In this document: piece by piece, positions 37,501-46,689 of the stretch
Position numbering within the stretch: the first letter of the stretch is position 1
Layout: every line of letters starts with the position of its first letter
NCBI GenBank assembly: GCA_964291295.2
Contig: OZ219754.1
Location: 2,784,001-2,848,000 of the forward strand
Reading direction: 5' to 3'
Length of the DNA stretch: 64,000 nt
DNA from: an uncultured Candidatus Binatia bacterium
GTDB lineage: Bacteria; Desulfobacterota; Binatia; UBA9968; JAJDTQ01
Notes under the pieces: model-generated
Told to the model about the DNA's origin: nothing
Database searches by the model: none
The model's input: the letters and a program-made list of their open reading frames with translations, nothing else
Made by a program: the position numbers and the translations under genes

Positions 37501-39762
37501 GGTCCCGGCCTTGGCCAGCCGCTGTCGGGCCTCGTCGATTGAATTCACCCGCAGCGAAGACGGAAACACCTGGACGAAGTTCTCCTCCCGGGTCAGGAGT
37601 TGCGATTCCTCCAACCAGGCGATGGCGGTGCGCACCCGGGTATCGTCGGTGGCGGAATCGCGTTCGAACACCTTTTCATCGTCCTCACCAAGGATTTCCC
37701 CGGCGGTGGCCACCACGTCGCCGCCAAAGCGCTTCTTGCGGTCGAGATTGCGCAGGGCTCTCAGCACCCCGTGAATCTCCTCGCGGGTGAGCCGCGAGAG
37801 CGCCGACATGCCGAACTGACGCTCGACATCATCCGCCGCATAGAGAAGAACGCAACGCGCCGGATCGCGGTCGCGCCCGGCGCGGCCGGCCTCCTGGAGA
37901 TAGTTCTCCAGCGAACCCGGTATGGCGGCGTGGATCACCAGCCGCACGTCGGGCTTGTCGATCCCCATGCCGAAGGCGTTGGTGGCGGCCACCGCGCGCA
38001 GATCGCCGGCGATGAACCGCCGCTGCACATCCTTCTTCGTCTCGGGAGACAGACCCGCGTGGAAACGTTCCGCCGCGACACCCTTCCGCTGAAGGTACTC
38101 CGCGATGTCCTCGCTTTGCTGGCGCGTCGCGCAGTAGACGATGGTGCCGCCGGGCTGGCCGGGAGGCAGATGGGACGTGATCACCTGGAGAATGTCCGAG
38201 AACTTCTCGCCTCCCGTGGCGGGGATCACCTCGAAGTCGAGATTGGCGCGCTCGGCGCCGCCGTCGAACACGGCCAGTTCGATGCCGAGCTTCTCCCGGA
38301 AATGCCGGGCGATGTCTCCGACGACATCGGGCTTGGCGGTGGCGGTCAGGCACAGCACCGGAGGCACCGGCCCGCCGCCCGCCTTCTCCCGGATGAAACG
38401 GCCCACATACCGGTAGTCGGGCCGGAAGTCGTGGCCCCAGCGCGACAGGCAATGCGCCTCGTCCAGCACCCAGGCGCCGATCTCGCGCTGGGCCAGCGCC
38501 CGCCGCAGGGCACGGGAGCGCAACTGCTCCGGCGAGATCAGCAGGATGCCGGCGTCGCCCAGCCGGACCCGATCCAGGGCGTCGGCGCGCTCCGGCATCG
38601 ACAGCAGCCCGTTGACGGTGACGCAGCAGCCGACGCCGTGCTGCTCCAGCCCGGCCACCTGGTCCGCCATCAGCGCCACCAGGGGCGAGACCGCCACCGT
38701 CAGCGCGCCGGTCTTGTGGTAGCGCGACAGCGCGGGGAGCTGGTAGCAGATGGACTTCCCGGTGCCGGTGGGGAGAATCCCGAGCACATGCCGTCCCGCC
38801 AGCACCTCCTCGACGATGACCTGCTGCAGGGGCCTGCCGTCCTGGTCCGCGGGTTGGGGTCGAAAGCCGTCATGGCCGAACCAGCGTTTCAACTCCCTGA
38901 CCGCGTCATGATATTCCCGGCACCAGCCGCAGGCCGGATCGGTGCAGGCGGTGTCCCTGAGGCGCCGCACCCAATGCCCCGCTTCTGGAAACTGCTGGCG
39001 CACCCAGGGCGGCATCACCGAGTTGCCGCCTGCGACCGACAGCCACGCCAGGGCATAGGCCAGCGCCCAGCCGAGTTGTTCCGCGTTCTCCATGGCGCTG
39101 TGCGCCTGGGTCCCGCAGGCGGCACCCTCCAGCCTCCGTTCCATTGCCGCCGCGGCCTCCGCCCGGGACGGACGCCGGGCTCGGCGAACCTGCCGGAAGA
39201 ACTTGTCCAGAGCCCGGTCCGCACCGGCAGGATCCGGCGTGCACAGCCAGTGCCATGCAGCGAGCAGATCCGGCGCGGCCTTGGCCAACGCTTCGCGCTC
39301 GTCGCCGAAGAGCTCCAGTGCCAGGCGGGAATCGAGTTCGGGATCGTTCACGCGGCCGCGCCTGAGGCCACCGTCCTGGTAGTGCTTGACGAGGTGGTGA
39401 TAGGGATTGCGGGGGAAGGCCAGCGGACTGAGGAGCAACGTGTCCACCGCGGGCAGCTTCAGCAGCCGGAGGTCCGGCTTCGCCGCCGCCAGGTGGGGCA
39501 GGTCGAATGCGATCAGATTGTGCCCCAGCACGAAGGAGGCGCCCTCGGCGAAATCGTCGAGCTGCGCCAGAGCGGCGGCCCGGCTGTCCACCGCATGCGT
39601 CATGCTGCGGCCGGTATCCGCGCGCACCGCCCCCAGGGCATGAATATTGCCGTTCCTGCCGACCTCGATATCCAGGGAAACGCAGGGCGGCCGGAAGAAG
39701 GCGCCCGGCCGGGACGAGGCCCGGCCCGAGTCCGGTGGGGCGTTGGCCGCTCCGTTGCTCAC
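34600..39762 (-). CDS. exonuclease-like + RecQ (SF2) + UvrD (SF1) multidomain helicase, ~1720 aa
   Basis: LDIEV/GHNLIAFD/DTL; PTGTGKS, DEAH, TATA, AFGMGIDKPDVR, QEAGRAGRD; AGPGSGKT, DEYQD, VGDDDQNIY, NYRS, HRAKGLEF, YVAMTRAR; GTG start 39762 with GAGGA RBS. Confidence 0.9.
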   Translation of the reverse strand: MSNGAANAPPDSGRASSRPGAFFRPPCVSLDIEVGRNGNIHALGAVRADTGRSMTHAVDSRAAALAQLDDFAEGASFVLGHNLIAFDLPHLAAAKPDLRLLKLPAVDTLLLSPLAFPRNPYHHLVKHYQDGGLRRGRVNDPELDSRLALELFGDEREALAKAAPDLLAAWHWLCTPDPAGADRALDKFFRQVRRARRPSRAEAAAAMERRLEGAACGTQAHSAMENAEQLGWALAYALAWLSVAGGNSVMPPWVRQQFPEAGHWVRRLRDTACTDPACGWCREYHDAVRELKRWFGHDGFRPQPADQDGRPLQQVIVEEVLAGRHVLGILPTGTGKSICYQLPALSRYHKTGALTVAVSPLVALMADQVAGLEQHGVGCCVTVNGLLSMPERADALDRVRLGDAGILLISPEQLRSRALRRALAQREIGAWVLDEAHCLSRWGHDFRPDYRYVGRFIREKAGGGPVPPVLCLTATAKPDVVGDIARHFREKLGIELAVFDGGAERANLDFEVIPATGGEKFSDILQVITSHLPPGQPGGTIVYCATRQQSEDIAEYLQRKGVAAERFHAGLSPETKKDVQRRFIAGDLRAVAATNAFGMGIDKPDVRLVIHAAIPGSLENYLQEAGRAGRDRDPARCVLLYAADDVERQFGMSALSRLTREEIHGVLRALRNLDRKKRFGGDVVATAGEILGEDDEKVFERDSATDDTRVRTAIAWLEESQLLTREENFVQVFPSSLRVNSIDEARQRLAKAGTAAAYRAQLLRIVEVLIGANADEGMSTDELMGVSGLTPEGVRGALYDLERVGIASNDTALTAFVHTGVERSSRKRLEEAAALETALITHMREAAPDLGKGDRSTLHLRVAAQVLRDQGLVDPLPERLFRIIRSIAWDGRGEDDGAAGSLTVRKRDAETAHVTLQREWGALEETARLRREAAARLLEHLLGCLPSGSRGTDLLAESTLGKLLQAIQSDLLLKSRVRNPTRLLDRALLWLHEQEVLRLNKGLAVFRPAMTIRLEQRERRGFSRADFEPLALHYRGQVLQVHVMVEFAERGLAAMSEALRLAMDYFALGTKEFLARWLPGRDREIGRQTTPASWRAIVEALGNPVQQRIVADDRDRTHVLVLAGPGSGKTRVLVHRIAWLIRVRRESARGILALAYNRHAAVDIRRRLGELIGGDARGVTVLTCHALAMRLAGASFTGRWERPDQETFREVMRRAVALLRGEDLSPEEADERRERLLAGFRWILVDEYQDVGPEQYELISALAGRTLEDDAGKLTLFAVGDDDQNIYAFNGASVEFIRRFEADYGPKPGYLTANYRSTAHIVAAANAVIESARSRMKAEHPIHVNRAREKEPPGGAWTALDPMARGRVQILPAGGDAVHQARAVMAELQRLSARAPAWDWSRCAAVAREWEYLVPVRAFCEAHAIPVQMANEEIPSFWHLRETRTFVDWLCQRETRIVDGASLRRRADAWPADPWHDLLRQAVEEHALETGGGETPVEHFIEWLAEWGQGIRRRQRGLLLLTAHRAKGLEFDHVAVLDGSWERVGHNEDFDAPRRLYYVAMTRARQTLTLARLDGSRGLQDELLDHPATVLREAAELPPCPEAVSYRHVRPTLGDVDLGFAGRCHADDPIHGAIAALSIGDALDVRIGSDGRWLLLDRAGRTVGRMAGSFRPPSGTRCRWAEVFAVVGWSREASDPKYRDTAKCHGWEVVVPELVFEPER

Positions 39763-40142
39763 GCGGCGTCCTCGCTCATGTCCGTGAATCGGCGTGCAGG
39801 GCGGTAAGCAGAGCCTGTGCCCCCGCCCGCTGCCGTCGCTGCCCGGAACTGCGGCCGGTGGGCGCCGCTCCTTGCTTCGGTCTTGGCGCCGGCGGCTGTC
39901 AGGACATGCCAAGATGCCGCGAGGCCGTCCCCGGAGTCTGCGCCGCAGGACGTTTCGGGAGGTGAGGGGCGGGAGAACAGTTCCGGATTCTCGTCCAGAA
40001 TTCCGGAAGTGTGCAGCCTCGCCCCATTGGAAAACAGGAGGCGGGCGTCAACGGGACATGGCCCGGGAGCCCCTTGGTACTCCGATGGATCTCTGCCCCG
40101 GGAAGATTTTCTGCGGCCCAGACTCGCAGCCGAAGAGTCCGG

Positions 40143-40436
40143 CTACCAGCGGTTCGTGCCGCCGCCACCTCCGAAACCGCCGCGACGTTCCTGCGGGCGC
40201 GCTTCGCTGACCGTCAGCTTGCGTCCACCCAGTTCCGAATCGTGCAGGGCATCGATGGCCCGTTGCGCCTCTTCGCCGGACGCCATCTCCACGAAGCCGA
40301 ACCCCCTGGAGCGTCCGGTGAACTTGTCCGTGATCACCCGGGCCGATACCACGGTTCCGTGTGCGGCGAAGACATCCTGGAGCTGATCCTCGGTCGTCGA
40401 ATAGGGCAGACCACCCACATAAAGCTTCTCGTTCAT
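40143..40436 (-). CDS. RRM-domain RNA-binding protein
   Basis: KLYVGGL (RNP2), RSRGFGFVEM (RNP1), Gly-rich tail. Confidence 0.95.
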   Translation of the reverse strand: MNEKLYVGGLPYSTTEDQLQDVFAAHGTVVSARVITDKFTGRSRGFGFVEMASGEEAQRAIDALHDSELGGRKLTVSEARPQERRGGFGGGGGTNRW

Positions 40437-40574
40437 GCTCTCCTCCATCTTGCTTGACAGCCACGAGACAGGCACGGCGAAAGGAGCAGAGCAAACGTGG
40501 GATGATCACGACACTCCGGACGGCTTTGGTCTTACGCTGTCTCCATGCGCACAACTCGGTCGTCTACGGTGTCA

Positions 40575-40603
40575 CTTATATTGACCTGCATTGCGCATGT
40601 CAA
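40575..40603 (-). promoter_or_regulatory. near-consensus sigma70 promoter with overlapping inverted repeat
   Basis: TTGACA-N17-TATAAG; TTGAC-N13-GTCAA dyad at 40581-40603. Confidence 0.7.
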
Positions 40604-40680
40604 CCGGCCGACACCACTTGTCACCAATTGTTCACGAATCGCCAATGGTCCATGCCCGATCCGGGAAGAAGCGGACGCCG

Positions 40681-41841
40681 TCAGCGAAGAAGCCGGTAGA
40701 CCAGTGGCGTACCCAGCGTGATGAGCATGAAGAAACACCCGGCGGCCAGGAACATGGCTTCGAACCCCCACGCATCGGCCGCCCAGCCGAGCAGCAGGGG
40801 AAGCGCCATGGGCGCGATGTTCCAGCCGAGGCCGGTGGCGGCCATGACCGCGGAGCGGTCGCGGGCCTTGCTCAGGTCCACGGCCTGCACCTGATTGAGC
40901 AGGTCGGCCACACCGCCGGCCATGCCCAGACCGGCGATGCAAAGCCCCAGCAACACCAGTCCCCCGGTCCAGGCGCTGGCCAGGATGCAGATGCCGAGGC
41001 CGCCCATGCCGAGTGCATAGAAGAGCTTCTCCCGCTCGATGGTGATCTCCGAGCCGAAGGCCAGGCCAATGACCACAGGGCCGACGGAGCGTACGGCGAT
41101 CACCACGCTGATCCATCCCTCGGGAAAATCGAGTCCGCTCATGTACACGGGATAGATGGACTGGGTGATGCCGAATGGTACCGCGGCCGCGCATGAACTG
41201 GAGAGCAGCAACCAGGTGCGCCTTTCGACCAACCGACGGCTCATCTCCACGGTGACCTGCCAGACGGTGCGGCCGCCCATGTCCAGGCGGATCGGCGGCA
41301 GCGCGAAACCCAGCAACATGCTGGCGACGCATGCCAGCGCCACCAGGATGAAGGTGGGACCGTAACCGAGCCAACCCGCGAGAATCCCCCCGAAGGCGAG
41401 TCCCAGCAGCTGGCCGGTGTAGTTGGCCGCGGAGAGCTGGCCCAGCATCCTGCCGGGATTGATGCTGTCGAGTTGACTGGCCATGGACTGGGCCGGGACC
41501 CAGAACATGCTGCGGGAGAGATTCGCCAGTGCGCTGGACAGCATCAGCGAGAAGAACCCGCTGGCCATGCACAGGGCCACCGCCGCCAGAACGTTGAGGG
41601 CATAGCAGGCCTGCAGCATGCGATGCTCGCCGTAGCGGTCCGCGAAGGCGCCGCCGACGAAACGCATGACGAGGGTCATCAGGTAGGGAAGTCCGACCAG
41701 GGAGCCGATATCGAGTACGGACAGGCCCAAGCTCACGCCGAAGAGCGGCGTGAGCACGAACAGCATGCCGTTGCACATGTTCCAAAGGAGCGCTCCCAGG
41801 AAAAGCACCCCGCGGACCGGCCGCCCGTCACGGCCGCGCAC
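40681..41841 (-). CDS. MFS transporter
   Basis: GAFADRYGEHR motif A, about 12 TM segments. Confidence 0.85.
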   Translation of the reverse strand: MRGRDGRPVRGVLFLGALLWNMCNGMLFVLTPLFGVSLGLSVLDIGSLVGLPYLMTLVMRFVGGAFADRYGEHRMLQACYALNVLAAVALCMASGFFSLMLSSALANLSRSMFWVPAQSMASQLDSINPGRMLGQLSAANYTGQLLGLAFGGILAGWLGYGPTFILVALACVASMLLGFALPPIRLDMGGRTVWQVTVEMSRRLVERRTWLLLSSSCAAAVPFGITQSIYPVYMSGLDFPEGWISVVIAVRSVGPVVIGLAFGSEITIEREKLFYALGMGGLGICILASAWTGGLVLLGLCIAGLGMAGGVADLLNQVQAVDLSKARDRSAVMAATGLGWNIAPMALPLLLGWAADAWGFEAMFLAAGCFFMLITLGTPLVYRLLR

Positions 41842-42000
41842 GCTGGTCCAGAGCGTGGCAGACCGCCCGGTTGCCGCGGAGGCGCTTGTACCTGATGGAC
41901 CTGATGGGCATGTCGTTGTCGAGAACCCTGTATCCGTTCCTGACCATCGTCCCCCTCCCTGATATCCGGAGGAGTCCGGTGCCGGGCCGCATGCCGGTTC

Positions 42001-42375
42001 CTACCCTTTCCAGGCACCCCAGGCAATGCTGAGCCAGCCCAGCAGGAACGCGAGTCCGCCGATGGGGGTCACGGCGCCCAACCACCGGAAGCCCGAGAGG
42101 CTCAGTCCATAGAGGCTTCCGGAGAACAGCACCGTACCGGCGACGAAGAACCAACCGGCCGTCGAGAACTCGCTGCGCGGCCAACGGGAGGACGCCAGCG
42201 CCACCACCAGCAGCGCCAGCGCATGGTAGATCTGATAGCGAACTCCCACCTCAAAGACATGGAACATCTCGTCCGCCAGCCTTCCGCGGAGGCCGTGGGC
42301 GGCGAAGGCGCCCAGCATCACGCCAACAAGGCCGGACAGGGATCCCAGCAAGAGGAACAGGCGGTCGGTGTTCAT
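42001..42375 (-). CDS. DUF423 family membrane protein
   Basis: GAFAAHGL, VRYQIYHALAL, LFSGSLY, GAVTPIGG. Confidence 0.9.
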   Translation of the reverse strand: MNTDRLFLLLGSLSGLVGVMLGAFAAHGLRGRLADEMFHVFEVGVRYQIYHALALLVVALASSRWPRSEFSTAGWFFVAGTVLFSGSLYGLSLSGFRWLGAVTPIGGLAFLLGWLSIAWGAWKG

Positions 42376-42656
42376 GGAAACGTCGCGGTCAAGGTTCGTA
42401 TGGCTGACAACGTGTGGCTGCCAAGGAGTTCGGCAGTCTGGCGTAGTCTTCCACACGAGGGGGCGGGATTGCAACAACGCCGGTTTGACGGCTGGCGCCA
42501 CGCCCGCCGAACGGCCGGCCGCGGCAACCGCGGGGATGGACAATTTGAAATGTTCAGGATAGTCTGTGAAGTCATGAGACCGAGCGGTCGTCCTGGCGAC
42601 TGTACCCGCGGTTGTACTTTTTCGGGCAAGGAGGATCAGCGCAGGATGCACACGAC

Positions 42657-42878
42657 ATGAGCAAGCAGGACAATATCGAGGTTACCGGCACGGTGATGGA
42701 GAGCCTTCCCAACGCCATGTTCAAAGTTGAGTTGGACAACAAGCACAACGTTCTCGCGTATACCGCGGGCAAGATGCGAAAATTCTACATCAAGATTCTG
42801 CCCGGCGACCGCGTCACTCTCGAGTTGTCACCCTACGACCTGAGCCGCGGACGGATTACCTACCGGCATCGAAACTAG
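42657..42878 (+). CDS. infA: translation initiation factor IF-1
   Basis: [11 protein letters not shown]...[10 protein letters not shown]...GKMR...ILPGDRV...[13 protein letters not shown]. Confidence 0.97.
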   Translation: MSKQDNIEVTGTVMESLPNAMFKVELDNKHNVLAYTAGKMRKFYIKILPGDRVTLELSPYDLSRGRITYRHRN

Positions 42879-42927
42879 TTCGACCGCGCGCAAGCGGACC
42901 TTCCTGCAGCACCCGATCGAGGCCCCG

Positions 42928-44295
42928 CTACCTGGCGTCCAGACGCCCCATGAGGTCGCCCCGGGCGGCCCGGGCACTCCGGAGGATCTCCCCTTCGTCC
43001 AGCGAGGTACAGCGACGGTGGCGCATCAGCAGCCTTCCGTCCACCATCACCGTATCCACGTCCGTAGACTTGGCGCAGTGCACCAGCTGACTCACCAGGT
43101 CGTTGACCGGTTGAAAGTGCGGCTTCTGGATATCCACCAGGATCAGGTCCGCGCGCTTGCCTTCCTCCACCGTACCGCAGACCGACGCCAGCCCCAGCGC
43201 ATGGGCGCCGTCGACCGTCGCCATGCGCAGAACGCTGTAGGGATCCACGACACCGGCGTCTTGATGCTTGACCTTCTGAAGCAACGACGCCGCCTTGATG
43301 GTCTCGAACAGATCCTGGCCGTGGTTGCTCGCCGCCCCATCCGTACCCAGACCGACCCGGACCCCGGCCGCCAGCAACTCCACCACCGGTGCGATTCCGT
43401 CGCCCAGCATCATGTTGCTCACGGGATTGTGCGAGACCGCCGTGCCGGTGTCCGCCAAGTGCCGGATCTCTTCCGGCGAAAGGTGGACGCTGTGGGCGAA
43501 GATGGCATCTTCCCCCGGAATGTCGAACTCCTTCAGATGAGCCACCACACCCGGCCTGCCGTACTCCCGGCGGGTGACATCCACCACCGACGCCGACTCC
43601 GCGACGTGGGTGCTGATGCCGATGGAATGATGGTCGGCAAAGCGCCGTATTTCCCGCAGCAGGTCGGGAGAAGCGTTGAGGGGCGGCGTGTTGGGACCGG
43701 TACGGAACGTGATCCGGTTGCCTTGTCGAAGTGAGTCGGCGGGTGGACGCCCCATCAGGTCCTCGATTCTCGCAAAGGCCGTCTCGGGGGTCTCCCTGGT
43801 GCAGTCCGGCACGATCTCCCCGGTGTCCATGATGGTTCGGGCGAAGACGCCCCGGAGACCGGAACGGGAAAGCGCATCAACGGCGGCGGCGGCGCACTCG
43901 GGTCCGGGGTTGAGGAAATTGTGCTCGCAGACGGTGGTGACCCCGCCCTTGAGATTCTCCAGACAGCCCGCCAGGGTCCCGGCGCGCATGTGCTCCGGGT
44001 TGAGGGCTTCCGCCACACCGTAGATGCGCTTCAGCCACGCCAGAAACGGCAGATCCTCCCAGACCGCCCGCAGCAGCACCTGGTAGAGGTGGGTGTGGGC
44101 GTTGACCAGACCGGGCATGAGCACCATCCCGCGGCCGTCGATGAGCACCTCCCCTTCCCTTGCCGGCGGCTCCCCCGCCGCCACCTCGGTGATGACGCCA
44201 TCCCGGACCCTTGCGTAGCCCGATTCGATCACGGCCCCGGGCGCTGTCATGGGAAGAATCGTGCACGCGGTGATGGTGGTCGCTTGCCCGTCCAT
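42928..44295 (-). CDS. amidohydrolase (MTA/SAH deaminase-like)
   Basis: PGLVNAHTH, THVAES, AHSVHL, HNPVSNM, LGTDGAASN. Confidence 0.88.
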   Translation of the reverse strand: MDGQATTITACTILPMTAPGAVIESGYARVRDGVITEVAAGEPPAREGEVLIDGRGMVLMPGLVNAHTHLYQVLLRAVWEDLPFLAWLKRIYGVAEALNPEHMRAGTLAGCLENLKGGVTTVCEHNFLNPGPECAAAAVDALSRSGLRGVFARTIMDTGEIVPDCTRETPETAFARIEDLMGRPPADSLRQGNRITFRTGPNTPPLNASPDLLREIRRFADHHSIGISTHVAESASVVDVTRREYGRPGVVAHLKEFDIPGEDAIFAHSVHLSPEEIRHLADTGTAVSHNPVSNMMLGDGIAPVVELLAAGVRVGLGTDGAASNHGQDLFETIKAASLLQKVKHQDAGVVDPYSVLRMATVDGAHALGLASVCGTVEEGKRADLILVDIQKPHFQPVNDLVSQLVHCAKSTDVDTVMVDGRLLMRHRRCTSLDEGEILRSARAARGDLMGRLDAR

Positions 44296-44387
44296 TTTCA
44301 CTCCGAATTTCGCTTGGGATTTCGCTCCAAAGACGAAGGGGCGGCGTATCCGCCGCCCCTCCAAGGGTTCCACTCTTGATCGTGGTG

Positions 44388-44651
44388 TCAGAAATCGCGC
44401 GTTCGCCGTTCGTGCGCCTCGTTCACTTTCAGCACGCGCCCCTGCAACTCCGTTCCGTTCAGGGCCTCCATGGCGGCCCGGGCCTCGGCCTCGGAGCCCA
44501 TCTCCACGAAACCGAAGCCGCGGGACCGGCCAGTGAAGCGGTCCGTGACGATGCGCGCCGATGCCACGGTCCCGTGCTCCGAAAAGAGCTCCTGCAACTG
44601 GGCTTCGGTCACCGCGTAGGGCAGTCCACTTACATACAGTCTGTCCCCCAT
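44388..44651 (-). CDS. RRM-domain RNA-binding protein (second paralog)
   Basis: RLYVSGL, RSRGFGFVEM, LKVNEA. Confidence 0.93.
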   Translation of the reverse strand: MGDRLYVSGLPYAVTEAQLQELFSEHGTVASARIVTDRFTGRSRGFGFVEMGSEAEARAAMEALNGTELQGRVLKVNEAHERRTRDF

Positions 44652-44807
44652 GAGCCAACTCCCGGTTCGAGATGACGACAGCCGATCCTGGCAGGACCAT
44701 CTCGGAGACCCCGCCGTGAAACGCGCTGATTCTATCCCCATGTCTGCCGCAATGCAAACCTTCGGCCGCGGCCCTGAATGCCGCCCGCACATTCCGCCCG
44801 CGGTTCG

Positions 44808-45575
44808 TCAACCGGACCGGTAGGCAGCCATGAGGCGGTTCCAGTCACCGGGTCGAACCCTCCGGCGCTGAGGGTCCAGTTTGTTGACTGAACGCAGCAG
44901 CCGGCGGAGGTTCCGTTGTGCCCGCGCGTCCGGCACGGCTCCGGGAAAGAGACGCGCCTTGTCGAAGTCGATGATGTAGATCCTCGGAAACGGCTCATCG
45001 TCCCGCACCAGGATGTTGCGCAGGTTGAGATCGGCGTGGTCGATGCCCAGCGTGTGCATGAGGCGCAACGTGCGCCCGACAAGCGACAGCACCATCTCCG
45101 TCCCGGCGCCGGAGCGTTGCCCCGGAAGCGCCGCCCAGAGGTCGCGGGCCCCCGTCAACTCCCGCGTGACCAGCCAACCTCGATACCACGGGCCGATGCC
45201 CCGCGCCACCAGCGCCGCCAGCACTTCCGCGGTGGCGAGCCCCCGTTCCCGGGCCGCGGCCGTGACGGCCAGTTCCGCGAACGGCCGGGGCGGCCGGCTG
45301 ACGAACCAGTGCCGGGTGATCCGGCGCAACAGCCCTCCGTGCCGGCATGAACGCACCAGCGCGTGACCACCCTCCGGGAGCGCCACGGTCTGCAACGCGG
45401 CACGACCGAAATGGCGTGCCGGCACCTCGGCAACCGGGCTCCGCATGCGGGCGAGCAACCCGCCGGCATCCACGCCGGAGGCCACCACCATGGTCACTCC
45501 CGGCTCCGGGGACACCCGCTGGAAGCCCGCCGGCACCGTATCCCCCGGCCTGTTCGAACGCATGTTATCCGTCAC
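44808..45575 (-). CDS. kdkA: Kdo kinase / LPS kinase (KdkA-like)
   Basis: RHGGLL, HADLNLRNIL, IIDFDK, NLRRLLRSVNK; directly after lpxK. Confidence 0.8.
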   Translation of the reverse strand: MTDNMRSNRPGDTVPAGFQRVSPEPGVTMVVASGVDAGGLLARMRSPVAEVPARHFGRAALQTVALPEGGHALVRSCRHGGLLRRITRHWFVSRPPRPFAELAVTAAARERGLATAEVLAALVARGIGPWYRGWLVTRELTGARDLWAALPGQRSGAGTEMVLSLVGRTLRLMHTLGIDHADLNLRNILVRDDEPFPRIYIIDFDKARLFPGAVPDARAQRNLRRLLRSVNKLDPQRRRVRPGDWNRLMAAYRSG

Positions 45576-46689
45576 CGCCGCGCGAGGAGGAACCGGCTCT
45601 CCTCACGACGTCCACGACGTGGTCCAGCAGCGCCTCGGGCCTGTCGAAGGACATCTCGACCCGCAGCGCCCGCAGCTTCCCGGCGGAGAACGGGAACCGC
45701 GCCAGCTTCACGTAGTCCTTCTCGGTCGTCACCACCATGTCCACCCGGTGCCGGCTGATCTCGCGCCAGTCCCGTTCGCTGTAGGCATGATGGTCGGGAA
45801 ACTCCAGGGTGTCGCCGATGATCCCTTCACACTCGCGGATCATCTCATAGAACCCTTCAGGCCGGGCCACCCCCGCAACCGCCAGAACCCTGCTGCCGGC
45901 CAGGGCGGCCAGCGACGATTCTTTCAGACCTTCCTCCGTGCGGCCCAGGAGCCCGCGCGGCCGGAGGCAGGCATGGAAGACCCGGGAATCGTCGAAGCGT
46001 TGTTGCAGAATCGCCCGCCAGCGGTCGCGGGCGCCCGTCACCACCAGGATGTCGGCGCGCCGCAAGGCCCGGATCGGCTCCCGGAAAGGCCCGGCCGGCA
46101 GCATCGCGCCGCTGCTGTCGGCACCCAGGAGGACCATGTCAAGGTCCCGCGCCAGCCTCCGGTGCTGGAATCCGTCGTCCAGCAGGAACAGATCCGCGCC
46201 GCCGGTCCCCTCGCTCAACGCCAGACCCGCCCGGTAGCGGTCGGCGCCGACCACCACGGTCTGCCCATGGAGGGCGCTCAACATGACCGGTTCGTCGCCG
46301 TAGTCCAGCGTGCGATCGCCCGACCGACCGCGCAGCCTTTCCGGGCTGAGGACGGCGGGCCGGGGACCGTGCTGCCGGCCGCCGTAGCCGCGGGTCAGGA
46401 TCGCGGCCTCCAGGCCGCGCCGCCTCAGGCCTTGCGCCAGCCACAGCCCGGTGGGGGTCTTGCCCGTCCCTCCCACCGTGAGATTCCCTATGCTCACGAC
46501 CGGAAGGGGCAGTTTTCGGACATTCATGCAACCGGCGTCGTAGAGCCGGTTCCTCACACCGACGACCGCGCGAAAGACCGCGCTCCAGGGCAGCAGCAGG
46601 GTCCGAAGAATCCGGCCGGCGATGCTGCGGCGGCTCCACGCCGCCCGCACCAGAGCGTTCCCCTTTCCAGCGGCGGCCGCCATGGTCAT
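45565..46689 (-). CDS. lpxK: tetraacyldisaccharide 4'-kinase
   Basis: [47 protein letters not shown]. Confidence 0.95.
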   Translation of the reverse strand: MTMAAAAGKGNALVRAAWSRRSIAGRILRTLLLPWSAVFRAVVGVRNRLYDAGCMNVRKLPLPVVSIGNLTVGGTGKTPTGLWLAQGLRRRGLEAAILTRGYGGRQHGPRPAVLSPERLRGRSGDRTLDYGDEPVMLSALHGQTVVVGADRYRAGLALSEGTGGADLFLLDDGFQHRRLARDLDMVLLGADSSGAMLPAGPFREPIRALRRADILVVTGARDRWRAILQQRFDDSRVFHACLRPRGLLGRTEEGLKESSLAALAGSRVLAVAGVARPEGFYEMIRECEGIIGDTLEFPDHHAYSERDWREISRHRVDMVVTTEKDYVKLARFPFSAGKLRALRVEMSFDRPEALLDHVVDVVRRAGSSSRGGDG

